Source of the DNA: Macrostomum lignano | Lineage: Eukaryota | Direction of reading: 5' to 3' | NCBI GenBank assembly: GCA_002269645.1 | Contig: NIVC01000244.1 | Span: 1 to 64,000 of the forward strand | Length of the DNA: 64,000 nucleotides | Shown: positions 1 to 11,400 of the stretch, piece after piece | Layout of the letters: each line of letters opens with the position of its first letter | How positions within the stretch are numbered: the stretch's first letter is position 1 | Program-made: the position numbers and the translations under genes | The notes under the pieces: generated by a model | The model's database searches: none | Seen by the model: only the letters and a program-made list of their open reading frames with translations | Told to the model about the DNA's origin: nothing

Positions 1-1187
1 CTAGAAAATAGCCAAACATGATTCTTTATATTGCCATCCTACTTACTAGGCCTAGGCTACTTACCTACTATAGAATATTAATGTATAGAGGGGCTACCTA
101 ACCTATGTTTTTAGATAGAGAAAATAGTTTTTATTAGCGTCTTATCCTACTGTATTTGTATTTATTTGTGTCTATATGTATTTATAGTGTATTATATTTA
201 TTATAATACAAATACAATAGGATAAGACCTAATAAAAACTTTTTTATAAGAAAAGGTTTTTATATTGTAAACAAGTTTTGACAACAAAAAATCTATTTTT
301 TTAACACTACAAGTATACTTATATATACTATCCATATTATTTTATAGTCATTTTGTATAAATTTAAACGCCATAGTCAGGAAGAAAGACATGTATGCTTT
401 TTTCTAGAGTATATTCAAGAATTTTAGCATATATGTTTATACAAAAAGTTATTTTGGGCTTTTTGTATATGTATTTAATATTTTGATATATGATGTACCA
501 AAAATACATTATCATTTTATCTATAATCTAGTCACAATTAGTTGTCTAGATGCATATATATTATATAATCTTAACATTTGATAACTATTTAACACTAAAC
601 TAACTTCCATGTTTTTACAAAGTAAGGATTTAAAAAATTAACAAAAAATGCACCAATTTTACTTTTGTTCTTTATTGTTTATATAAAACATTATACAAAA
701 ATAACTATTATTTTTATTTTTAACTTTGTCTAATTGACAATTTAGAGCTTTGTGTAAGGTAATGTCTGTGTGTATCAGTGTAAACCAAAAAAAAAGATTT
801 TTTTCTACTTTCTACTTTTTCTACATATAGTGTTCTAAACTATAGATTAATTAATCTATTCCAAATGCATATATTAGCCAAATTGACCACACTAATCTAT
901 GTGGTATTGTACATAATGTATATAAGTCACACTTAAATCCATTATATATGCTAAAAATTATAGTTTATAAGCCATCTTAGAGATTCTAGTCTAAAAATTA
1001 AAATCTCACTGAGACGCAGAACAATAGAAGTATTGGATGACTGCATGTGTTGAGTGTCAGACTAGAAAAAGTTGAGCTAGACATATTTGGCAACTGTCTC
1101 ATATTCCCTGCCTCTGTAACACCAAGAATACGGGAATCGCTCAGCGGCCCAAGACGGCAGGCAGGTCTTCCTTCACATCCAGCACAA

Positions 1188-4100
1188 ATGGCCGACATAT
1201 TTGTTGGCTGCGAGTTTCCAACCTATCGCGAACTGCAGGCAGCGGCGGATTGCCTGTCTGACCCACTGGCAGCCGCCTAGTGAAGAGCACAGGCACCCGC
1301 AGCGCCGGCTGCCCACAATTCCATAGTCAAAGCGCCCTACATGCGCATTGATGAGGCCAGTTTGCGCTACAGCTTCCTTAACTTGGCCTGTCGCTGGCGC
1401 CAGACTGCCAGTTTGGCCTACGCGCCAAAGCCTGTCCGAAGCGCCAGGCGCTGGTTATTGTCCAGCTGTGCCTGGCGCACTCCGGACACGATTCCCCGGC
1501 CCTGTCGGCTGTCGGCCTGCGCGCTCTTGGCTCCATGGCGCTTCGGGAGGCCAGTCTGTGCGGCGACTTGCCAGCGGCGCGCCGCCTTCTGACTAGCGGC
1601 TATTCGGCCGACTCCGCCTGCCCCGCCACGGGCCTGGCGCCGTGCACTGGCGCGCTATCGGCTGTCAGCGGGCGCTATCCAGCCTACTGTTGAAGGCCGG
1701 CGCCGATCCCGGCCAGACTGATTCGGCGGACTGACGCCGAGAGATCGAGCTCGGGACCAAGCTACAATAGAGGCGCTGATGGTGGAACGACAGCCGTGCC
1801 TTAGTAGCAGCAGCGGGAGCTCCACGCCGACTGTGAGAAGAGCGGAGACACCGACCGCTGCTACGGCTTCCATCCAGGCTTCGTTCGCGGTGGAATCAGG
1901 CTCCGCTGGGGCTGACGTCACCGCTCCAGCGGCTCATGAGCAGCCGGATGCTGAGACTGCTGATGATGCTGAATCGCTGTCTACAATGGCCTGTCTGACT
2001 GTGCCTGATTCATCGTTGGCTTTGCCAACCACTCCGCAGGCGGATACCAGTCAGTTGACAGATGTGCGACCAAACAGCGCCAGGTGAGATTTTGGTCTCA
2101 ATTCCCACCCTAGTATGTAAGACCTATATATTATGTATAACAAAACCTACTTTTTTAATCGGGGTAGTTTGGCCTTAAATCTTATTTTTGTATCATTTAT
2201 AAGTATTGTCTATCCACAGATAGCTAAAACCTATCCGATGAGAGGTTGTGTCACAATATGCATCTATTTTGGCTCCTTTTTATTGAGACAGCCGGTATAT
2301 TGCGCTAAAAAACAGTTACAACAATTATTGATTTTTTTCTTTTCGCTTCCTCGCTCAAAATAACTGCTATTTTCTTTCCTTACTACTACTTGAATAGAAT
2401 CTTGAACCTAAGAGCCTTAAATTATTTAAAAATAGTATCCGTGCTCATAAAGGTCTATGTTTTATTGGGCCCAGGATTGCAACAAGTTCATAAGCTGTGC
2501 TTTGTGGGACTTCGTCTATAATATTATATATTACTATTATTATTGTATGCCAACTCACCATGGCAGTGGTCAATGACACCAATGCGTTCCCCATAGCCAC
2601 GACGAGGTAAAGCCGGAAAGGAAGTGAAAGAAAACAAAAGGAGAGAATGGAAGGCGAACAAGACAAAGGAAAAAAGCCAAATGCTTCCATAATTTACAGT
2701 GTGCGGGGATGAAGCACTGCTTCTGTGGCTCTGCTCTAGAGAAAGGAAGCCTAAAGGAGAAGCTGGGCTGTTTGCTGCTAGAACGGAGACCATTAGTGTG
2801 ATTGTGGACAGAGAGGAGCTGCTAGAGTTCACTGGAGCCTTTATTCTATAAGCATGATTTAATAAAATCTAATCCGTAACAACAGGCGTTCCAGCTCGAA
2901 TTGTGGCGGCGAAATCAGGCAGCAGCGTCTGCGGCAGCCGCATTGCTCAGCCGGCAGCGGCAGCAGGCGCCGGCGCTGCCTGACGCCGTTCGAAATCGAC
3001 CCCGAACGGCATTTGCGCTGTCCGGCCGCTGTCGCCGGCCATCCGACCGCGCTCCTTGCCGCTTGGCGGGCCGAGGCGCCTCGTTTATTGGCTGAACGAG
3101 TCGCCGCGGGTGCCAGCGGTGCTGCCGGGGCGAACAAGGCCAGCCTGATCTGCTGTTGGCAGTGCGCCGGCGCTCTGCTAACTGGCCTGGAGGCCGCCAC
3201 CGGGGCCAACCTGCTAGTGACTAACTCTGTGTCGATTGAGAGCTACTTATCCAGGCATCCGGGCTCTGGTAATTGCTGGTTGTCTGTTGATGGTATTGAA
3301 TTCAATAGCCAGTTACTATCAGTATCTGTTTTAGCTCGTTATGCGTCTAAACTCAGGGGTCGGCAAACCCCGGGTTTGTCTCTTCTCGGCTCTCTTCTGT
3401 CTCCTCTTCTCTCTTCTCTCTTCTCCTCTTCTCCTTCTCTCTTCTCCTCTTCTCTCTTCTCTCTTCTCCTCTCTTCTTCTCCTTCTCTCTTCTCCTCTTC
3501 TCTCTTCTCTCTTCCCTCTTCTCCTCTTCTCTTCTCTCTTCTCCTCTTCTCTCTTCTCTCTTCTCCTCTTCTCTCTTCTCCTCTTCTCTCTTCTCTCTTC
3601 CCTCTTCTCCTCTTCTCTTCTCTCTTCTCCTCTTCTCTCTTCTCTCTTCTCCTCTTCTCTCTTCTCCTCTTCTCTCTTCTCTCTTCTCCTCTTCTCTCTT
3701 CTCCTCTTCTCTCTTCTCTCTTCTCCTCTTCTCTCTTCTCCTCTTCTCTCTTCTCTCTTCTCTCTTCTCCTCTTCTCTCTTCTCCTCTTCTCTCTTCTCC
3801 TCTTCTCTCTTCTCTCTTCCCTCTTCTCCTCTTCTCTTCTCTCTTTCTCTTCTCTTCTTCTCTCTCTTCTCTCTTCTCTCTTCTCCTCTTCTCTCTTCTC
3901 TCTTCTCCTTTCTCTCTTCTCCTCTTCTCTCTTCTCTCTTCTCCTCTTCTCTCTTCTCCTCTTCTCTCTTCTCTCTTCTCTCTTCTCCTCTTCTCTTTCT
4001 CCTCTTCTCCTCTTCTCTCTTCTCCTCTTCTCTCTTCTCTCTTCTCTCTCTCTTCTCCTCTTCTCTCTTCTCTTCTCTCTTCTCCTCTTCTCTCTTCTCT

Positions 4101-7100
4101 CTTCTCTCTTCTCTCTTCTCTCTTCTCCTCTTCTTTCTTCTCCTCTTCTCTCTTCTCTCTTCTCCTGTTCTCTCTTCTCTCTTCTCCTCTTCTCTCTTCT
4201 CTCTTCTCTCTTCTCTCTTCTCCTCTTCTCTCTTCTCCTCTTCTCTCTTCTCTCTTCTCTCTCCTCTTCTCTCTTCTCCTCTTCTCTCTTCTCTCTTCTC
4301 CTCTTCTCTCTTCTCTCTTCTCTCTTCTCCTCTTCTCTCTTCTTCTCTTCTCTCTTCTCTCTTCTCCTCTTTCTTTCTCTTCTCCTCTTCTCTCTTCTCC
4401 TCTTCTCTCTTCTCTCTTCTCCTCTTCTCTCTTCTCCTCTTCTCTCTTCTCTCTTCTCTCTTCTCCTCTTCTCTCTTCTCTTCTCTCTTCTCCTCTTCTC
4501 TCTTCTCTCTTCTCTCTTCTCTCTTCTCCTCTTCTCTCTTCTCTCTTCTTTCTTCTCCTCTTCTCTCTTCTCTCTTCTCCTGTTCTCTCTTCTCTCTTCT
4601 CCTCTTCTCTCTTCTCTCTTCTCTCTTCTCTCTTCTCCTCTTCTCTCTTCTCCTCTTCTCTCTTCTCTCTTCTCTCTCCTCTTCTCTCTTCTCCTCTCTC
4701 TCTTCTCTCTTCTCTCTTCTCTCTTCTCTCTTCTCCTCTTCTCTCTTCTCTCTTCTCTCTTTTCTCTTCTCTCTTCTCTCTTCTCCTCTTCTCTCTTCTC
4801 TCTTCTCCTCTTCTCTCTTCTCCTCTTCTCTCTTCTCTCTTCTCTCTTCTCTCTTCTCCTCTTCTCTCTTCTCCTCTTCTCTCTTCTCTCTTCTCTCTCC
4901 TCTTCTCTCTTCTCCTCTTCTCTCTTCTCTCTTCTCCTCTTCTCTCTTCTCCTCTTCTCTCTTCTCCTCTTCTCTCTTCTCCTCTTCTCCTCTTCTCTCT
5001 TCTCCTCTTCTCTCTTCTCTCTTCTCTCTTCTCTCTTCTCTCTTCTCTCTTCTCTTCTCTCTTCTCCTCTTCTCTCTTCTCTCTTCTCTCTTCTCTCTTC
5101 TCCTCTTCTCTCTTCTTTCTTCTCCTCTTCTCTCTTCTCTCTTCTCCTCTTCTCTCTTCTCTCTTCTCCGCTTCTCCTCTTCTCTCTTCTCTCTTCTCTC
5201 TTCTCCTCTTCTCTCTTCTCCTCTTCTCTCTTCTCTCTTCTCTCTCCTCTTCTCTCTTCTCCTCTTCTCTCTTCTCTCTTCTCTCTTCTCCTCTTCTCCT
5301 CTTCTCTCTTCTCTCTTCTCCTCTTCTCTCTTCTCTCTTCTCCTCTTCTCTCTTCTCCTCTTCTCTCTTCTCCTCTTCTCTCTTCTCCTCTTCTCTCTTT
5401 TCCTCTTCTCCTCTTCTCTCTTCTCCTCTTCTCTCTTTTCCTCTTCTCTCTTTTCCTCTTCTCTCTTTTCCTCTTCTCTCTTCTCTCTTCTCCTCTTCTC
5501 TCTTCTCTCTTCTCCTCTTCTCTCTTCTCTCTTCTCCTCTTCTCCTCTTCTCTCTTCTCCTCTTCTCCTCTTCTCTCTTCTCTCTTCTCCTCTTCTCTCT
5601 TCTCTCTTCTCCTCTTCTCTCTTCTCCTCTTCTCTCTTTTCCTCTTCTCTCTTTTCCTCTTCTCTCTTCTCTCTTTTCCTCTTCTCTCTTCTCTTCTCTC
5701 TTCTCTCTTCTCCTCTTCTCTCTTCTCTCTTTTCCTCTTCTCTCTTTTCCTCTTCTCTCTTCTCTCTTCTCCTCTTCTCTCTTCTCTCTTCTCTTCTTTC
5801 TTCTCTTCTCTCTTCTCTTCTCTCTCCTCCCCTTCTCTCTTCTCCTCTTCTCATCTCTCGCTGTACACCCTGTGTGAGCGTGTATGAGTGCCGTGCCTGC
5901 GTACAGTATTAGAGGGCTTGTATTGTGCTCAGGAGTCAGCGGAATGGGCAGAATTGCCTCAGCGATCTCGTCGAAGGCGTTAGGCCAGGGTGTCCGCAGC
6001 CTTGCCATTGTTGTGAGGCCTCCCATCTTCTAGCTTTCTTATTGTAGCAAGTCCGCTATCTTCCCAGTGTGACCCATTGTTTTGACATCGCTATCCCCCC
6101 AAATTCCCCATTTTCATCGGTTAAAATAATTTTTTTACTGTCTTTCAAAATTTCACAGGTAGATTGGCCGATCTAATTCATCTAAAATATGCCCAGGTGT
6201 TTGTGCTGTGCGATCATTCGCCTAGGCTGGGCCATCGCAGGCCTACTAGGCTGCCCAGGGCCAGGCTGAACTGTCCATTTCAGCTGGTGCTACGCCTTGC
6301 CGCTGCTCAGCGGGCTCTGTACGTGGCGGCTCACAGCAGTTTGGAGCACAACCATCCTGTGGGCAGGTGAGATTTTTGGCCGCTATCTGCCAGTGTCCAT
6401 TGTAGTGAGGCCGCTATCTGCCAGTGTCCATTGTAGTGAGGCCGCTATCTGCCAGTGTCCATTGTAGTGAGGCCGCTATCTGCCAGTGTCCATTGTAGTG
6501 AGGCCGCTATCTGCCAGGGTCCATTGTAGTGAGGCCGCTATCTGCCAGTGTCCATTGTAGTGAGGCCGCTATCTGCCAGTGTCCATTGTAGTGAGGCCGC
6601 TATCTGCCAGTGTCCGTTGTAGTGAGGCCGCTATCTGCCAGTGTCCGTTGTAGTGAGGCCGCTATCTGCCAGTGTCCATTGTAGTGAGGCCGCTATCTGC
6701 CAGTGTCCGTTGTAGTGAGGCCGCTATCTGCCAGTGTCCATTGTAGTGAGGCCGCTATCTGCCAGGGTCCATTGTAGTGAGGCCGCTATCTGCCAGTGTC
6801 CATTGTAGTGAGGCCGCTATCTGCCAGTGTCCATTGTAGTGAGGCCGCTATCTGCCAGTGTCCATTGTAGTGAGGCCGCTATCTGCCAGTGTCCGTTGTA
6901 GTGAGGCCGCTATCTGCCAGTGTCCATTGTAGTGAGGCCGCTATCTGCCAGGGTCCATTGTAGTGAGGCCGCTATCTGCCAGTGTCCGTTGTAGTGAGGC
7001 CGCTATCTGCCAGTGTCCATTGTAGTGAGGCCGCTATCTGCCAGTGTCCATTGTAGTGAGGCCGCTATCTGCCAGTGTCCGTTGTAGTGAGGCCGCTATC

Positions 7101-9084
7101 TGCCAGTGTCCATTGTAGTGAGGCCGCTATCTGCCAGTGTCCATTGTAGTGAGGCCGCTATCTGCCAGTGTCCATTGTAGTGAGGCCGCTATCTGCCAGT
7201 GTCCGTTGTAGTGAGGCTGCTATCTGCCAGTGTCCATTGTAGTGAGGCCGCTATCTGCCAGTGTCCATTGTAGTGAGGCCGCTATCTGCCAGTGTCCATT
7301 GTAGTGAGGCCGCTATCTGCCAGTGTCCATTGTAGTGAGGCCGCTATCTGCCAGTGTCCATTGTAGTGAGGCCGCTATCTGCCAGTGTCCATTGTAGTGA
7401 GGCCGCTATCTGCCAGTGTCCGTTGTAGTGAGGCCGCTATCTGCCAGTGTCCATTGTAGTGAGGCCGCTATCTGCCAGTGTCCATTGTAGTGAGGCCGCT
7501 ATCTGCCAGTGTCCGTTGTAGTGAGGCCGCTATCTGCCAGTGTCCATTGTAGTGAGGCCGCTATCTGCCAGTGTCCATTGTAGTGAGGCCGCTATCTGCC
7601 AGTGTCCATTGTAGTGAGGCCGCTATCTGCCAGTGTCCGTTGTAGTGAGGCCGCTATCTGCCAGTGTCCATTGTAGTGAGGCCGCTATCTGCCAGTGTCC
7701 GTTGTAGTGAGGCTGCTATCTGCCAGTGTCCATAATTGAGAGGCCGCTTTCTCCCATGATCCCTAATTGTGAGGCCGCTATCTGCCATGATCCCCAATTG
7801 TGAGGCCGCTATCTGCCATGATCCCCAATTGTGAGGCCGCTATCTGCCATGATCCCCAATTGTGAGGCCGCTATCTGCCATGATCCCCAATTGTGAGGCC
7901 GCTATCTGCCATGATCCCTAATTGTGAGGCCGCTATCTGCCATGATCCCCAATTGTGAGGCCGCTATCTGCCATGATCCCTAATTGTGAGGCCGCTATCT
8001 GCCATGATCCCTAATTGTGAGGCCGCTATCTGCCATGATCCCTAATTGTGAGGCCGCTATCTGCCATGATCCCTAATTGTGAGGCCGCTATCTGCCATGA
8101 TCCCTAATTGTGAGGCCGCTATCTGCCATGATCCCTAATTGTGAGGCCGCTATCTGCCATGATCCCTAATTGTGAGGCCGCTATCTGCCATGATCCCTAA
8201 TTGTGAGGCCGCTATCTGCCATGATCCCTAATTGTGAGGCCGCTTTCTCCCAGCGTCCCCAAGTATGAGGCTGCCCCAGGCACACATGTACACACGAGCC
8301 GCAAACCACAGCATCGCCGACCCTACTGAAACCGCCTGCCCGCAGGCCAGCCGACCGGCTCAGCCGCCGGGTTGGCTACAGCCGTCTCGGCACCCAACGC
8401 TTGCAGCCGTCGAGGTCGTCGCAGCCTCGGTCACCACCACCGGAGGATGTCGGCGTCGATTTCAACCTGGCCGACGGAGACTCCGCCGTCGACGACACCG
8501 AAGGCGTGGCCAACATTGGCGTCTGCTTTGACTTGGCCGCCGCCGATGACCAACGGCGTAGAATGAAGACAGCCTACCCCATTGTGCCGTTCGCGCCGCC
8601 AGAGATGCGTATAGTAAAGTTTATGGCTATGGGATTTCGTCAGGATGGGCGCCAAGATGAAGCTACGCAGCAGGTGCTGCAGCAGCGTCCAAGGCCGCCG
8701 AGGAAACCGCAGCAGCAGCAGCAGCCGTCGCCGTGGCCGGCTGCTTCAGTCCGTTGGAGCGATCGAGCGGCCGGGTTTCCCGTGCTAAAAGTTTATCGCG
8801 GCGGAGCGGCACAAAGCGGAGCCGCTGTCCCGGCTGTTGTGACTGCCGTTCCGGGCCGATGCGGTGCAGCTCAGCAGCAGCCGGGTGTCTCCCAGAGACC
8901 TGGTGCGCTCAGCCTGTTGGCAACTGCTCAGAAGCAGCCAGTTGATCCTCAGATTCAGAAGCTCTGGGACATCGGCGAGTCCGACTTAACGGCAGCTACA
9001 GATTCCGCGGCCACGGCCGACAGTCCGTCTGAAGTGGCCGGATCCGACTTGTCCGCTTGGATTGTCCGCCTGTCTGACAGTTGA
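1188..9084 (+). CDS. Putative protein with two ZSWIM3-N/FAR1-like Zn-finger modules and ankyrin repeats, 4 exons; exon 1 frameshifted
   Basis: Exons ~1188-2083, 2886-3268, 6159-6366, 8280-9084, joined by GT-AG introns in phases 2, 1, 2. Exons 2+3 splice to SIESYLSRHPGSGRLADLIHLKYAQVFVLCDH...LNCPFQLVLRLAAAQRALYVAAHSSLEHNHP (C..C..HxH). Exon 1 needs several 1-nt corrections to read MADIFVGCEFPTYREL...LRYSFLNLAC...DCQFGLRAKACPKRQALVIVQLCLAHSGH followed by the ankyrin-like LREASLCGDLPAARRLL...GLAP(L)HW...LLLKAGADPGQTDSA(G)LTP. Confidence 0.62.
3378..5858 (+). repeat. 2.5-kb polypyrimidine/polypurine (CTCTT/CTC)n tract in intron 2 of gene 1
   Basis: Almost exclusively C/T on the + strand; G appears only around 3400, 4168, 4582 and 5170. 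Confidence 0.98.
5858..5975 (+). mobile_element. SINE family B 3' fragment (a further fragment lies at ~59380-59510)
   Basis: cgctgtacaccctgtgtgag...gtgcctgcgtac...gctcaggagtcagcggaatgggcag aligns with the reverse complement of 56360-56460 and with ccgctgtacaacctgtgtgagtg...gatcagcggaattggca at 59432-59500. Confidence 0.55.
6378..8250 (+). repeat. 31-bp minisatellite filling intron 3 of gene 1, in two sub-arrays
   Basis: About 43 copies of tgaggccgctatctgcca+gtgtccattgtag, then about 16 copies of tgaggccgctatctgcca+tgatccc(c/t)aattg. Confidence 0.97.
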
Positions 9085-9429
9085 GCAAATATTAATCAAC
9101 AAAATCATTTTTGGCGCCTCGCATTTCTGCTGCCGATTGGCCTGTATGTACAATATTAACTTAATTGCATGCAGTAGCAGCAGACTTCTACAGACTTCCT
9201 AGTCTTTCAGTGACACTGCCAGCCTGAGAACTGCTTTGCTGGTGCATAGTTTTGCTTTCAAAATGCTTTTCATAACTCCTGTTAATTTATTTCTCTACAG
9301 TTGCATTTTGGTGTATAGTTGCAGCATTAAAGTACAGAACTAATTTTCATTTGAATTTCTTTCGCTTGTCTTTTTCTTTTCAGTTTTTCTGCCAAGAAGA
9401 AATACATCCTTTTTTCTTGTATTGAGTAC

Positions 9430-10495
9430 AAGATCCCCAGTTGCTGGGCCAGCCTCCCAGATCCTCAGTTGCCGGGCCAGCCTCCCAAATCCTCAGTTGC
9501 CAAGCCAGCCTCCCAAATCCTCAGTTGCTGGGCCAGCCTCCCAGATCCTCAGTTGCCGGGCCAGCCTCCCAGATCCTCAGTTGCTGGGCCAGCCTCCCAG
9601 ATCATCAGTTGCTGGGCCAGCCTCCCAGATCATCAGTTGCTGGGCCAGCCTCCCAGATCATCAGTTGCTGGGCCAGCCTCCCAGATCAGCTGGGCCATCC
9701 TCCCAGATCAGCTGGGCCAGCCTCCCAGATCAGCTGGGCCAGCCTCCCGGATCCTCAGTTACTGGGCCAGCCTCCCAGATCCTCAGTTGCTGGGCCAGCC
9801 TCCCAGATCCTCAGTTGCTGGGCCAGCCTCCCAGATCCTCAGTTGCTGGGCCAGCCTCCCAGATCCTTAGTTAACTGGGCCAGCCTCCCAGATCCTCAGT
9901 TGCTAAGCCAGCCTCCCAGATCCTCAGTTGCTAAGCCAGCCTCCCAGATCCTCAGTTGCTAAGCCAGCCTCCCAGATCCTCAGTTGCTGGGCCAGCCTCC
10001 CAGATCCTCAGTTGCCGGGCCAGCCTCCCAGATCCTCAGTTGCTGGGCCAGCCTCCCAGATCATCAGTTGCTGGGCCAGCCTCCCAGATCATCAGTTGCT
10101 GGGCCAGCCTCCCAGATCATCAGTTGCTGGGCCAGCCTCCCAGATCATCAGTTGCTGGGCCAGCCTCCCAGATCATCAGTTGCTGGGCCAGCCTCCCAGA
10201 TCATCAGTTGCTGGGCCAGCCTCCCAGATCATCAGTTGCTGGGCCAGCCTCCCAGATCAGCTGGGCCAGCCTCCCAGATCAGCTGGGCCATCCTCCCAGA
10301 TCAGCTGGGCCAGCCTCCCAGATCAGCTGGGCCAGCCTCCCAGATCAGCTTGGCCAGCCTCCCAGATCCTCAGTTGCTGGGCCAGCCTCCCAAATCCTCA
10401 GTTGCCGAGCCAGCCTCCCAAATCCTCAGTTGCTGGGCCAGCCTCCCAAATCCTCAGTTGCTGGGGCAGCCTCCCAGATCCTCAGTTACTGGCCC
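9430..10495 (+). repeat. 28-bp minisatellite (gatcctcagttgctgggccagcctccca)
   Basis: Period 28, with 22-bp deletion variants. Confidence 0.95.
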
Positions 10496-11094
10496 GATTT
10501 TCAGACATTTAAATTAAACTATTTGTAAAAAAACGAACGGCAAAAAGGCTTTTATTTGTGTTGTATCAGCAACAAAACAAACATAAGTATATGCAAAACT
10601 AGCATTTGTAGCTGTGGCATTCAAGAATTTATTCAAACTAATATCAATCAAGATCCACCTTGACACCTTTCAATCATTTGTCATTTTACATTCGCAGCCA
10701 AGTCTGCTTGATTTGGGCGGAAAAGTTCAATTTTGTGGGTTAAGCGAAAGTTAAATGGCTGAGCGTGAACGATAGGTAATGCTTAGTAAAATTCAGACGC
10801 GGCCGATATGTGCAGTTTTTTTTCTTTACGCGTCAAATGAAAATGCATGGCAATTTGAATCAATTTGTCGTAGTTTTTGCCTGCGGCTTCTTATCTGTAA
10901 ACTTGTAGCACGGAAGAACTGAAGGGCACTCTTGGCGGTCAGTCGTGATGGTGCTCCTTGCCGGATACTTCTGAAATTAATGGGATTGAAGAGTTTGTCC
11001 TTCAGTTGTACGATTCTTTACATTTCTATCATTGAGTCTGCTTTGGATTTATGTAGTTTTAGTCCAGGGTCTAGATAGGATCAGCGTCTGGGTA

Positions 11095-11400
11095 GCATCT
11101 TTGTACTTTTGCCCCAGGGTAGCACTTTTGTACTTTTACTCAAGGACAATAGCATTTTCGTACGCTCGTACTTTTACCCCAGGATCAGCTGGTAGCATTT
11201 TCGTACTTTTACCCCAGGATCAGCTGGTAGCATTTTCGTACTTTTACCCCAGGATCAGCTGCTAGCATTTTCGTACTTTTACCCCAGGATCAGCTGGTAG
11301 CATTTTTGTACTTTTACCCCAGGATCAGCTGGTAGCATTTTCGTACTTTTACCCCAGGATCAGCTGCTAGCATTTTTGTACTTTTACCCCAGGATCAGCA
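11095..11400 (+). repeat. 35-bp minisatellite (ttttcgtacttttaccccaggatcagctggtagca)
   Basis: About 8 copies. Confidence 0.9.

Noticed and set aside
3355-3375. hAT-like terminus CAGGGGTCGGCAAAC (similar on the - strand near 59317)
   Set aside because: These are single ends with no matching partner TIR or 8-bp TSD nearby.
3013-6026. Four 830-950-aa ORFs (S/L/F/P-rich and R/E/K/G-rich)
   Set aside because: A C/T-only tract cannot contain stop codons on either strand. The segment lies in a GT-AG intron (3269-6158); only 2886-3268 is coding.
6378-8250. CRISPR-like repeat-spacer appearance (also considered for the 58-bp array at 37031-38825)
   Set aside because: The spacers are identical rather than unique, there are no cas genes, and the context is a eukaryotic intron.
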